NCBI GenBank assembly: GCA_046715095.1
Contig: JBKJZQ010000129.1
Location: forward strand, 1-31,174
DNA: 31,174 bases
Reading direction: 5' to 3'
DNA from: Actinomycetota bacterium
GTDB taxonomy: Bacteria > Actinomycetota > CADDZG01 > WHSQ01
This document shows, one piece after another, positions 1 through 9,276 of this stretch; the first letter of the stretch is position 1; every line of letters begins with the position of its first letter. Made by a program: the position numbers and the translations under genes. A model generated the notes under the pieces. It saw nothing but the letters and a program-made list of their open reading frames with translations. It did no database searches and had not been told where the DNA came from.

Positions 1-146
1 ACGTGACAGTCAACCGGGCCCGCACCGTGAGGGTCGTCCGATGACAGAGATGTTGCTGCCGGGGGTGATCGGTTCCATCCAGAGCCCCAAGGAGTTCGCT
101 CCCCGCCAGCGACTATGCTTCGGACACCGTCTCAGCGTTATCCCCA

Positions 147-312
147 GTCCGCCTGAGCCCGAGACCGAGGTCCCCTGTTTTTACGGGGCGGTGACGCCTT
201 GAATCTCGGCGAGCATGATCCCGGCTCCACCCGGTGAGGGCGCAGAGCTCGTCCCACCGCTGCCTCCCTCGGTCCCTTTCGACGCCAGGGCCCAAGGGTC
301 GCGTTGGCGGAC
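147..312 (-). ncRNA. candidate rod-shaped structured RNA, unidentified (6S-like size)
   Basis: Nested long-range helices: 147-151/308-312, 152-160/288-297 (one bulge), 161-170/267-276 (10 bp) and 188-196/250-260. Two helices gain G-U pairs only on the minus strand. No credible ORF. No known Rfam family recognised. Confidence 0.3.
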
Positions 313-372
313 ATTTTTCGGTGAGGCAACGAATCGATTTCCCGGACATTTCTAGTGAGTCAACTCGGGGGC

Positions 373-401
373 TTGACTGATGGGAGGATCTGGTCGATAC
401 T
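373..401 (+). promoter_or_regulatory. sigmaA-type promoter of the ilv-leu leader
   Basis: TTGACT at 373-378, 17-nt spacer, GATACT at 396-401; lies ~65 nt upstream of the leader peptide. Confidence 0.65.
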
Positions 402-467
402 TCGCCTTCACTACGCCCCTGCAGCGTCGCCGGGGTTCGTATTAGCCGAGATGGAAGAGCGATACGG

Positions 468-536
468 ATGACGAACCCGAGCAGCACCCAGGCGACGATC
501 AGCAGCTTCCTCCACGTCCTCGTACTTATTACCTAG
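468..536 (+). CDS. ilv attenuator leader peptide MTNPSSTQATISSFLHVLVLIT (22 aa; below the ORF-track cutoff)
   Basis: ATG468 preceded by GGAAGAG. Ends in a run of Leu/Val/Ile codons (ctc cac gtc ctc gta ctt att) including codons rare in high-GC DNA. TAG at 534-536 is followed by alternative hairpins and a terminator. Confidence 0.8.
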   Translation: MTNPSSTQATISSFLHVLVLIT

Positions 537-574
537 GCGCGCCCTCCCGACCCCTGGTCGGCGAGCGTGTGCCT

Positions 575-601
575 AACCCTCCGGTCACCGGAGGGTTTTT
601 T
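575..601 (+). terminator. intrinsic terminator of the ilv attenuator
   Basis: aaccctccgg-tca-ccggagggtt stem followed by a T6 tract. CCCTCC at 542-547 can compete for GGAGGG at 590-595 (antiterminator). A hairpin at 534-575 starts at the leader stop codon. Confidence 0.9.
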
Positions 602-756
602 CGTTCCCGGAGATTCCCGAGAGGTGGTGCCTCAAACGCAGAACGGCAAGAACCGAAATACCTAAAGGCAGAAGCAAACAGGGCACGAGCCGCCCCATTG
701 AGCGGCAGGGCAGACAGAAGCGGGCCGCCTCGGCGGGACGCAGAACAGGAGAAGAC

Positions 757-1035
757 ATGAAGTTCCACATCGGGAACGGCGACTACATCGGTACCGCGGA
801 GTGGCAGGCCCCCGGGCAGGTCGCGCTGGAGATGGACGACGACGGCCACCGTGCCTGGTTCGCCCGGTATTTCTCGGCCGAGGATTCGTTCATGGCCGGT
901 CCGGTCGAGTCGCCTGCGATGGCGATGCACCGCAGGGACGATTCCCCTCGTGCGTTCGAGCATGCGGCCTTCCGGCTGGCGGCCTACTCGTACAAGGTCC
1001 GGCGCAGTGACGACCGGGCCGCGGCTCACGGTTAG
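757..1035 (+). CDS. hypothetical protein, 92 aa, first gene after the attenuator
   Basis: AGGAG 5 nt before ATG; strongly G/C-ending codons; no family recognised. Confidence 0.8.
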   Translation: MKFHIGNGDYIGTAEWQAPGQVALEMDDDGHRAWFARYFSAEDSFMAGPVESPAMAMHRRDDSPRAFEHAAFRLAAYSYKVRRSDDRAAAHG

Positions 1036-1048
1036 AGGGGGAGACGAC

Positions 1049-1089
1049 ATGAGGTTGGTCAGGATCCAGAAGAAGAGGAAACGACGCTG

Positions 1090-1090
<1 letters not shown>
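1049..1090 (+). CDS. putative 13-aa basic mini-[16 protein letters not shown] coupled to ilvB
   Basis: GGGGGAG 5 nt before ATG1049; its TGA overlaps the ilvB ATG (TGATG). Confidence 0.35.
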
Positions 1091-2843
<1,753 letters not shown>

Positions 2844-2847
<4 letters not shown>

Positions 2848-2903
2848 GCGAGTCAGAGCTCACCATCCCGAGCGCCACACCCGCCGCGAAAGGGAAAGCA
2901 TGA
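2844..2903 (+). repeat. 56-nt MIRU-like intergenic element carrying a 19-aa bridge ORF (copy 1)
   Basis: atgagcgagtca...cacacccgccgcgaaagggaaagc|atga. ATGA overlaps the ilvB stop and the ilvN start. 43/56 identical, ungapped, to the copy at 23611-23666. Confidence 0.8.
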
Positions 2904-3493
2904 GCGAGATTACGACGCACACGATCTCTGTCCTGGTCGAGAACCGTCCCGGTGCCCTGGCGCGGGTCTCCGGGTTGTTCGCCAGGCGGGGCTACAACAT
3001 CGATTCGCTCGCCGTCGGAGAGACCGAAGATCGCACGATCTCCCGGATGACGATCGTTGTCTCGGTCGAAGGGAAGCCTCTCGAGCAGGTCACTAAACAG
3101 CTCCACAAGCTCGTGAGCGTTCTACGCATCGCCGAGCTTCCCCATGACGCATCCATTGAGCGCGAGCTGGCGCTGATAAAGGTCGGGGTCGACGCCGGGA
3201 GACGCGCCGAGGTGCTCGAGATCGTCGAGATCTTCCGCGCCAAGGTCGTCGACGTCGACGCCGGCGCACTGACGGTTGAAGCCACCGGCACCCCCGACAA
3301 GGTCGCGGCCCTCGAGGAGCTGCTCCGGCCCTACGGGATCGTCGAGATGGCCCGCACCGGAACCGTTGCGCTAGGCCGCGGCTCGATCGGACTCAAAGCG
3401 CCGAAGCTCCGACCGGTCTCGATCGAAGATCGATCCCGAGATCGAGGGATCCGTGAGCAGACGGGTGAAGCGATGTTTGGTCACGGATCCTGA
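2900..3493 (+). CDS. ilvN: acetolactate synthase, small regulatory subunit
   Basis: ISVLVENRPGALARVSGLFARRGYNIDSL ACT domain. Start placed at ATG2900 (after AGGGAAAGC) rather than the ORF-track 2816. Confidence 0.96.
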   Translation: MSEITTHTISVLVENRPGALARVSGLFARRGYNIDSLAVGETEDRTISRMTIVVSVEGKPLEQVTKQLHKLVSVLRIAELPHDASIERELALIKVGVDAGRRAEVLEIVEIFRAKVVDVDAGALTVEATGTPDKVAALEELLRPYGIVEMARTGTVALGRGSIGLKAPKLRPVSIEDRSRDRGIREQTGEAMFGHGS

Positions 3494-3526
3494 GAATGTC
3501 CGCCTAGTTCGAAAGAGAGAACTCAC

Positions 3527-4528
3527 ATGCCAGCCAAGATGTACTACGAGAATGACGCCCGGACCGACGCGCTGAAGAATAAGCGTGTGGCGGTCCTGGG
3601 ATACGGAGCGCAGGGTCGCGCTCACGCGCTCAACATGAAGGACTCCGGACTCGACGTCACGGTGGGACTCCGCAAGGACTCCGCGTCGTGGAAGCGCGCC
3701 GAGGCCGACGGCCTCGCCGTCGCAACCGTCAACGAAGCATGCTCGGATGCTGACCTCGTCGCCATGTTGGTCCCGGATCAGAACGCCGCCGATGTGTACC
3801 GCGAGTCGGTCGAGCCGAACCTGAAGCCCGGTGCGGCGCTGCTGTTCGCCCACGGATTCAACGTCCACTTCGGTCAGATCAACGCGCCGAAGGAGAACGA
3901 CGTCATCATGATCGCTCCGAAGGCCCCCGGCCCGCTCGTGCGCCGGACCTTCGAAGAGGGCAGTGGCACGCCGGCGCTGCTCGCCGTCCACCAGGATGCA
4001 ACCGGCGAAGCGACCGAAACGGCGCTTGCCTACGCGCAGGCGCTGGGCTGCACGCGCGCCGGAGTGATCGAAACGACCTTCGCAGAGGAGACCGAGACGG
4101 ATCTCTTCGGGGAACAGGCGGTCCTATGCGGGGGAACCTCGCGACTTATACAGGCCGGCTTCGAGACCCTGGTCGAGGCCGGCTACCAGCCCGAGATCGC
4201 CTACTTCGAATGCCTGCACGAGCTGAAGCTGATCGTCGACCTGCTCTACGAGGGCGGGTTCACTAAGATGCGAGACGCCATCTCCGACACGGCCGAGTAC
4301 GGCGACCTCACCCGCGGCAAGCAGATCGTGGGACCAGAGGTTGAAGCAGCGATGCGCAGGACCCTCGAAGACATCCGCTCCGGGGCTTTTGCCAAGGAGT
4401 TCATCCTCGAGAACAAGGCCGGTACGCCGGTTCTCCAGGCCGAGCGCCGCCGTCAGGCCGAGCTGCCGATCGAGAAGGTCGGCATCAAACTGAGGGAGAT
4501 GATGTCGTGGATGGCCAAAGACAAGTAG
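3527..4528 (+). CDS. ilvC: ketol-acid reductoisomerase
   Basis: [40 protein letters not shown] and [14 protein letters not shown] motifs. Confidence 0.97.
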   Translation: MPAKMYYENDARTDALKNKRVAVLGYGAQGRAHALNMKDSGLDVTVGLRKDSASWKRAEADGLAVATVNEACSDADLVAMLVPDQNAADVYRESVEPNLKPGAALLFAHGFNVHFGQINAPKENDVIMIAPKAPGPLVRRTFEEGSGTPALLAVHQDATGEATETALAYAQALGCTRAGVIETTFAEETETDLFGEQAVLCGGTSRLIQAGFETLVEAGYQPEIAYFECLHELKLIVDLLYEGGFTKMRDAISDTAEYGDLTRGKQIVGPEVEAAMRRTLEDIRSGAFAKEFILENKAGTPVLQAERRRQAELPIEKVGIKLREMMSWMAKDK

Positions 4529-6102
4529 GTGAGACAGCGGCAGGAGATGTAGCCGGCGTAGTAGCCGGCGACGTACGGATCTTCGATACGACGCTGCGGG
4601 ACGGGGAGCAGTCCCCGGGTATCTCGCTGAACCTCAAAGAGAAGGTCGAGATCGCCGAGCAGCTGGCGCGCTTGGGCGTTGACGTGATCGAAGCCGGATT
4701 CCCGATCAACGGTCCCGGAGAGGTCGAAGCCGTCAAGGCGATCGCAACGCGCGTCCGGGGCCCGATCATCACCGGGCTGGCGCGCTCTGAAGCCGCGGAT
4801 ATCGACATCGCGGCCGAAGCCGTGGCGGCTGCCGAGAGAGCTCGCATCCATACCTTCATCGCGACCAGCGAGATCCATATGTCCGCCAAGCTGCGGATGA
4901 CTCCCGACGAGGTCCTTGCGGCCGCGGCCGGCGGTGTCGAGCGAGCCCGTCGTCATGTGGACGATGTCGAGTTCTCGACCGAGGACGGGACGCGCTCGGA
5001 TCTGGAGTTCGTTGCGAAGGTCTTCAAGGCGACCGCCAGAGCGGGAGCGACGACGCTTAACTTTCCCGACACGGTCGGTTACGCGCTCCCCGAGGAGTAC
5101 GGCGAGATGCTTCGTTTCCTCATCGACGAGGTGGACGAGGACGTGATCTGGAGCGTCCACACCCACGATGATCTGGGCTTGGCCGTGGCCAATGCGCTCG
5201 CCGGGATCGCGGCAGGGGCACGGCAGGTCGAGGTCGCCGTCAACGGGATCGGCGAGCGCGCTGGCAACTGCTCGCTCGAGGAGATCGTGATGGCCATGCG
5301 GACGCGAACGTCTGGGTCCCTCGATTCGAAAGTCAACTCCCGCGAGATCGCACGCACGTCTCGCATGGTCTCGATGCTCACCGGTTATCCCGTGCAGCCG
5401 AACAAGGCGATCGTCGGTGCCAATGCATTCGCGCACGAGGCGGGCATCCACCAGCACGGCGTGATGGTCGAGCGCACCACGTACGAGATCATGGACCCGG
5501 TCGATGTCGGACTGGAGGGTTCCAAGATCGTCCTCGGCAAGCATTCCGGCCGCCACGCGTTCAGCAAGGCACTTGAGGACCTGGGCTTCCATCTCGGCAA
5601 GGAAGACGTTCAGCATGCGTTCGCACGGTTCAAGGAGCTGGCGGATCGGAAGATCCGCATCACCGACGTCGACCTCGAAGCGATCGTGGCCGATGAGATC
5701 GCCAGCGAAGCCGACGAGTTCGAGATGATCTCGCTGGCGGTGACCGGAGGCACGCACTCCGCCCCGACGGCGACGATCCGTCTCAAACATGGAGACGAGG
5801 AGATCGACGAGTCCGCGATCGGGGACGGCATGATCGACGCCGCTTGCGGTGCGATCCAGCGCGCGACCGGAGTGACGGCGCGCCTCGAGTCGTTCAATTC
5901 TTCGAGCGTGACGGGTGGCATCGACGCGTTAGGTGATGTCACGGTGGTTCTCGTCTCCGAGGAAGGGGACGACGAGCCACCCAGACGAGCCACCGGGCGG
6001 GGGGTGTCTACCGACGTGGTCGAGGCGTCGGCCCGGGCTTATCTCTCGGCGGTCAACCGGCTGATCCGGTTGAAGGCCCGCTCCACAGAGACGGTCGGCT
6101 AG
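4507..6102 (+). CDS. leuA: 2-isopropylmalate synthase (E. coli/Bacillus type, with C-terminal regulatory domain)
   Basis: [25 protein letters not shown] and [10 protein letters not shown] motifs. GTG4507 has GAGGGAG 8 nt upstream; the exact start is uncertain. Confidence 0.93.
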   Translation: MDGQRQVGETAAGDVAGVVAGDVRIFDTTLRDGEQSPGISLNLKEKVEIAEQLARLGVDVIEAGFPINGPGEVEAVKAIATRVRGPIITGLARSEAADIDIAAEAVAAAERARIHTFIATSEIHMSAKLRMTPDEVLAAAAGGVERARRHVDDVEFSTEDGTRSDLEFVAKVFKATARAGATTLNFPDTVGYALPEEYGEMLRFLIDEVDEDVIWSVHTHDDLGLAVANALAGIAAGARQVEVAVNGIGERAGNCSLEEIVMAMRTRTSGSLDSKVNSREIARTSRMVSMLTGYPVQPNKAIVGANAFAHEAGIHQHGVMVERTTYEIMDPVDVGLEGSKIVLGKHSGRHAFSKALEDLGFHLGKEDVQHAFARFKELADRKIRITDVDLEAIVADEIASEADEFEMISLAVTGGTHSAPTATIRLKHGDEEIDESAIGDGMIDAACGAIQRATGVTARLESFNSSSVTGGIDALGDVTVVLVSEEGDDEPPRRATGRGVSTDVVEASARAYLSAVNRLIRLKARSTETVG

Positions 6103-6130
6103 TGGCTCCACCAGCCTGGCGGAGCCACTA
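6100..6130 (+). promoter_or_regulatory. hairpin spanning the leuA stop codon to the leuC start, masking the leuC Shine-Dalgarno
   Basis: Perfect 10-bp inverted repeat tagtggctcc (6100-6109) / ggagccacta (6121-6130); GGAG at 6121-6124 is 6 nt before ATG6131. Confidence 0.6.
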
Positions 6131-7441
6131 ATGGGAAGCACGATCACTCAGAAGATCCTGGCGCGCGCCGCCGGCCGCGATGAGGTCGGTGCGGGCGAGA
6201 TCGTCACGTGCAAGGTTGACCTTGCCATGGCCAACGACGTCACCGCCCCATCGGCGGCGGACGCGTTCCGGCGGATGGGCGTCCCGGACGTCTGGGACAG
6301 GAGCAAGATCGCCCTGGTCGCGTCTCACTTCGTTCCGGCAAAGGACATCGCGACCGCGAAGCTCATGACCCGGATGAGGCAGTTCGCGATCGAGTACGAC
6401 ATCGAGCATTTCTTCGAGGTAGGACGGGGTGGGATCGAGCACATCCTGCTACCCGAGGAGGCGTTGACGCTTCCGGGACAGGTCGTGATCGGTGCCGATT
6501 CGCACTCCTGTACCTACGGCGCGCTCGGTTGCTTCTCGACCGGTGTCGGGTCCACGGACCTCGCCGCGGTGTGGGCTACGGGGGAGATCTGGCTCAAGGT
6601 GCCGGAGACCATGAAGATCGTCTACACCGGCGTCCCGGGCGATTGGGTGATGGGCAAGGATCTGATCCTGTCGGTCATCGGCCGCATCGGCGACGACGGC
6701 GCCTCGTACATGGCGATGGAGCACACGGGCGACAGCCTCCAGTACCTCTCGATGGACGCCCGGCTCACGTTGACGAACATGGCGATCGAGGCGGGGGCCA
6801 AGTCGGGCATCGTGCCGCCAGACGAGACCACACTGGACTACGTCCGGACGAGGCAGGAGATCATGGGGCGACCCAATGACTTCGAGGTCTTCGCCTCGGA
6901 CGACGATGCGCATTTCGCCCAGGTGATCGAGGTCGACCTCAACGGTGTGGAGCCGATGATCGCCCAACCGTCGCTGCCCTCGCTGTCGATACCGGTCTCG
7001 ACGGTCGAGCGACGCAAGGTCGATCAGGTGTTCATCGGGTCGTGCACCAACGCCCGCATCGAAGATCTGCGGATGGCGGCCCACGTCTTGGGCGACGCGC
7101 GTGTCGCTCCGGGGGTGCGCCTGATGGTGATCCCCGCAACGCAGCGGGTGTGGAAGCAGGCGAACGAGGAGGGATTGCTCGAGAGGTTCGCGGATGCCGG
7201 GGCTTCGGTATCCACCCCGACCTGCGGCGCCTGCCTCGGTGCGCACATGGGCGTCGTGGGACCCGGTGAGGTCTGTGTCTCGACCTCGAACCGCAACTAC
7301 GTCGGCCGCATGGGCGACCCAACCGCCCAGGTCTACCTGGCGAACCCGGCCGTCGCGATGGCCGCTGCGGTGGCGGGCGAGATAGTGCACCCCGACGAGA
7401 TCACCAGCGCGCCGGCTGGGGCGGTGTTGACGGGTGGGTAA
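6131..7441 (+). CDS. leuC: 3-isopropylmalate dehydratase large subunit (archaeal/Firmicute-type subfamily)
   Basis: GADSHSCTYGA, FIGSCTNAR and PTCGACLG [4Fe-4S] Cys motifs; STSNRNY; lies between leuA and leuD. Confidence 0.92.
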   Translation: MGSTITQKILARAAGRDEVGAGEIVTCKVDLAMANDVTAPSAADAFRRMGVPDVWDRSKIALVASHFVPAKDIATAKLMTRMRQFAIEYDIEHFFEVGRGGIEHILLPEEALTLPGQVVIGADSHSCTYGALGCFSTGVGSTDLAAVWATGEIWLKVPETMKIVYTGVPGDWVMGKDLILSVIGRIGDDGASYMAMEHTGDSLQYLSMDARLTLTNMAIEAGAKSGIVPPDETTLDYVRTRQEIMGRPNDFEVFASDDDAHFAQVIEVDLNGVEPMIAQPSLPSLSIPVSTVERRKVDQVFIGSCTNARIEDLRMAAHVLGDARVAPGVRLMVIPATQRVWKQANEEGLLERFADAGASVSTPTCGACLGAHMGVVGPGEVCVSTSNRNYVGRMGDPTAQVYLANPAVAMAAAVAGEIVHPDEITSAPAGAVLTGG

Positions 7442-7913
7442 GGCATTCCGTTACGAGGACAACGTCGATACGGACGTGATCATCCCAGCTCGTTACCTCA
7501 CGACGACTGAAGAGTCGGAGCTCGCCAAGCATGCGCTCGAGGATCTCGACGCGACCTTCGTGGAGCGCGTGGAGGCGGGAGACGTCATCGTTGCCGGCAA
7601 GAACTTCGGGTGCGGCTCGAGCCGGGAGCATGCGCCGATGGCCCTCAAGGGGACCGGCGTAGCAGGGGTGGTGGCGTCGAGCTTCGCGCGCATCTTCTTC
7701 CGGAACGCGATCAACACCGGGCTCCCGATCATTGAGTGTCCCGAGGCCGTCGCCGGCATCTCCGATGGCGATGAGGTAACCATCGATGCCGATGCCGGCA
7801 TCGTGCGCAACGCCACGACGGGCGAGGAGTTCAAGGGCGAGCCGATGCCGGAGTTCGTGATGGACATCGTGCGCGCCGGCGGACTCGTCGAGTGGGTGAA
7901 GGCCAAGCAATGA
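7434..7913 (+). CDS. leuD: 3-isopropylmalate dehydratase small subunit
   Basis: DNVDTDVIIPARYL, GKNFGCGSSREHA and SFARIFFRNAINTGLP motifs; GTG start overlaps leuC. Confidence 0.94.
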   Translation: MGKAFRYEDNVDTDVIIPARYLTTTEESELAKHALEDLDATFVERVEAGDVIVAGKNFGCGSSREHAPMALKGTGVAGVVASSFARIFFRNAINTGLPIIECPEAVAGISDGDEVTIDADAGIVRNATTGEEFKGEPMPEFVMDIVRAGGLVEWVKAKQ

Positions 7914-8779
7914 GGATCGCCGTGCTGCCCGGTGACGGGATCGGACCCGAGGTGATCGAGCCGGCGCTCGCCGAGTTGCCCGGTGAAGCCGAGGTCGTCC
8001 GCATCGAGGCGGGGGCCGAGCGCTACCTGGCAACGGGCGAACTGGTGACCGACGCCGATCTCGACGCGATCCGGGACTCCGATGCCCTTCTCTTCGGAGC
8101 GGTCGGCGATCCGCGGGTGCCAGACGGCGTGCTGGAGCGGGGTGTGCTCCTACGTCTCCGCAAGGAGCTCGATCTCTACATCAACCTGCGTCCTTTTCCC
8201 GAGCTCGGGCTCACGTTCGTGAGGGAGAACTCAGAGGGTCCCTACGCGGGCGTGGGCGAGAGGAACGGCGATCTCGCTACCGAGACCTCGATCAACACGA
8301 GGTCGGCGATTGAGCGATGCGTGCGCTACGCCTTCACGTTCGCCGGCGAGCGCGAGCAGCGGCTCCATCTGGTCCACAAGACCAACATCATGACCTACGG
8401 GGGCGGACTGTGGCGTGAGGTCTTCGACGAGGTCGCCGGAGCGTTCCCCGGGGTCGAGACCGGCTACGAGCACGCTGATGCGGCTGCGTACCACCTCATC
8501 ACGGACCGAGAACGGTTCCAGGTGGTCGTCACCGACAACCTCTTCGGGGACATCCTCTCGGACCTTGCCGCGGGGATCGCCGGGGGCCTCGGCAAGGCGG
8601 CGAGCGCCAACCTCCATCCAGACGCGGCCACGCGGCCGTCGCGATGCATCGGCCTGTTCGAACCGATCCACGGCTCGGCCCCCGACATCGCGGGCACCGG
8701 AACCGCCGACCCCACCGCCGCGATCAGAGCAACCCAGATGATGCTCGGAGAGCTAGAGAAAGAGAGTGCAAAGGCATGA
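7910..8779 (+). CDS. leuB: 3-isopropylmalate dehydrogenase, compact form (289 aa)
   Basis: IAVLPGDGIGPEV, NLRP, HKTN, TDNLFGDILSDL and FEPIHGSAPDIAG motifs; ATGA overlap with leuD at 7910. Confidence 0.9.
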   Translation: MRIAVLPGDGIGPEVIEPALAELPGEAEVVRIEAGAERYLATGELVTDADLDAIRDSDALLFGAVGDPRVPDGVLERGVLLRLRKELDLYINLRPFPELGLTFVRENSEGPYAGVGERNGDLATETSINTRSAIERCVRYAFTFAGEREQRLHLVHKTNIMTYGGGLWREVFDEVAGAFPGVETGYEHADAAAYHLITDRERFQVVVTDNLFGDILSDLAAGIAGGLGKAASANLHPDAATRPSRCIGLFEPIHGSAPDIAGTGTADPTAAIRATQMMLGELEKESAKA

Positions 8780-9267
8780 CAGCAAGGGTTGAGAGGTCGG
8801 AGACTCCGGGGCCCGGTAGGCATGCAGGCGCTCAGAAGTCGCTCGCCTCGGCGAGCGGCCAATACTTCAATGTTTGTGGATACAAGGTCGTCACCGAGCG
8901 GATGCACGAGAAGCAGTCGCACTCGCAGGCGATCGTCGAGGTCCGGTTCGGGACGACGTGCGTGAGGCAATCGGCGATGGGTGTGGGTCCGGTGCACGCG
9001 CTCGACGAGGCGCTCCGGGCGTGTCTCTCGGGGGAGTTCCCGGAGCTTGCCGAGGTCAGGCTCTCGGATTACAAGGTCTCGATCGTTGATTCCACCGACG
9101 CCACCGCTGCTCAGGTCAGGGTGATCATCGAAGCCACCGACGGTGAATCGACCTGGGACGCCGGGTGTGTTTCCGAGAACATCATCGATGCCTCATTCGA
9201 GGCGCTCGTATCGACGTCGGTGATGGGGATCATGAAGGCGCGCGGCGGCGCGCGCAGGTCGGCCTAG
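8776..9267 (+). CDS. stand-alone LeuA/CimA-type allosteric (dimerisation) domain protein
   Basis: GVGPVHALDEALR, LSDYKV and VSENIIDASFEAL resemble the citramalate synthase C-terminal domain; no TIM-barrel catalytic part; ATGA overlap with leuB. Confidence 0.8.
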   Translation: MTARVERSETPGPGRHAGAQKSLASASGQYFNVCGYKVVTERMHEKQSHSQAIVEVRFGTTCVRQSAMGVGPVHALDEALRACLSGEFPELAEVRLSDYKVSIVDSTDATAAQVRVIIEATDGESTWDAGCVSENIIDASFEALVSTSVMGIMKARGGARRSA

Positions 9268-9276
9268 ACTCGCGTC

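Noticed and set aside
3-44. Possible C-terminal tail of an upstream plus-strand gene (VTVNRARTVRVVR-stop)
   Set aside because: Too short to support; cannot be judged without upstream sequence.
41-202. 53-aa plus-strand ORF; also track ORFs 113-487 and 138-329 on the minus strand
   Set aside because: No Shine-Dalgarno, weak codon bias, no recognisable motifs; they overlap the structured region.
58-231. Resemblance to tmRNA ends (GGGGGTGATCGGTT ... ATCCCGGCTCCACC) and to fragments of SAM-I, TPP, ZTP, glycine, cobalamin and M-box riboswitches
   Set aside because: Only isolated short words match. Order, strand or core motifs are wrong: no TTCGAC, tag ORF or CCA end for tmRNA, and the M-box words lie on opposite strands.
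569-760. 63-aa ORF across the terminator and A-rich tract
   Set aside because: Starts inside the attenuator, lacks a Shine-Dalgarno and has atypical codons.
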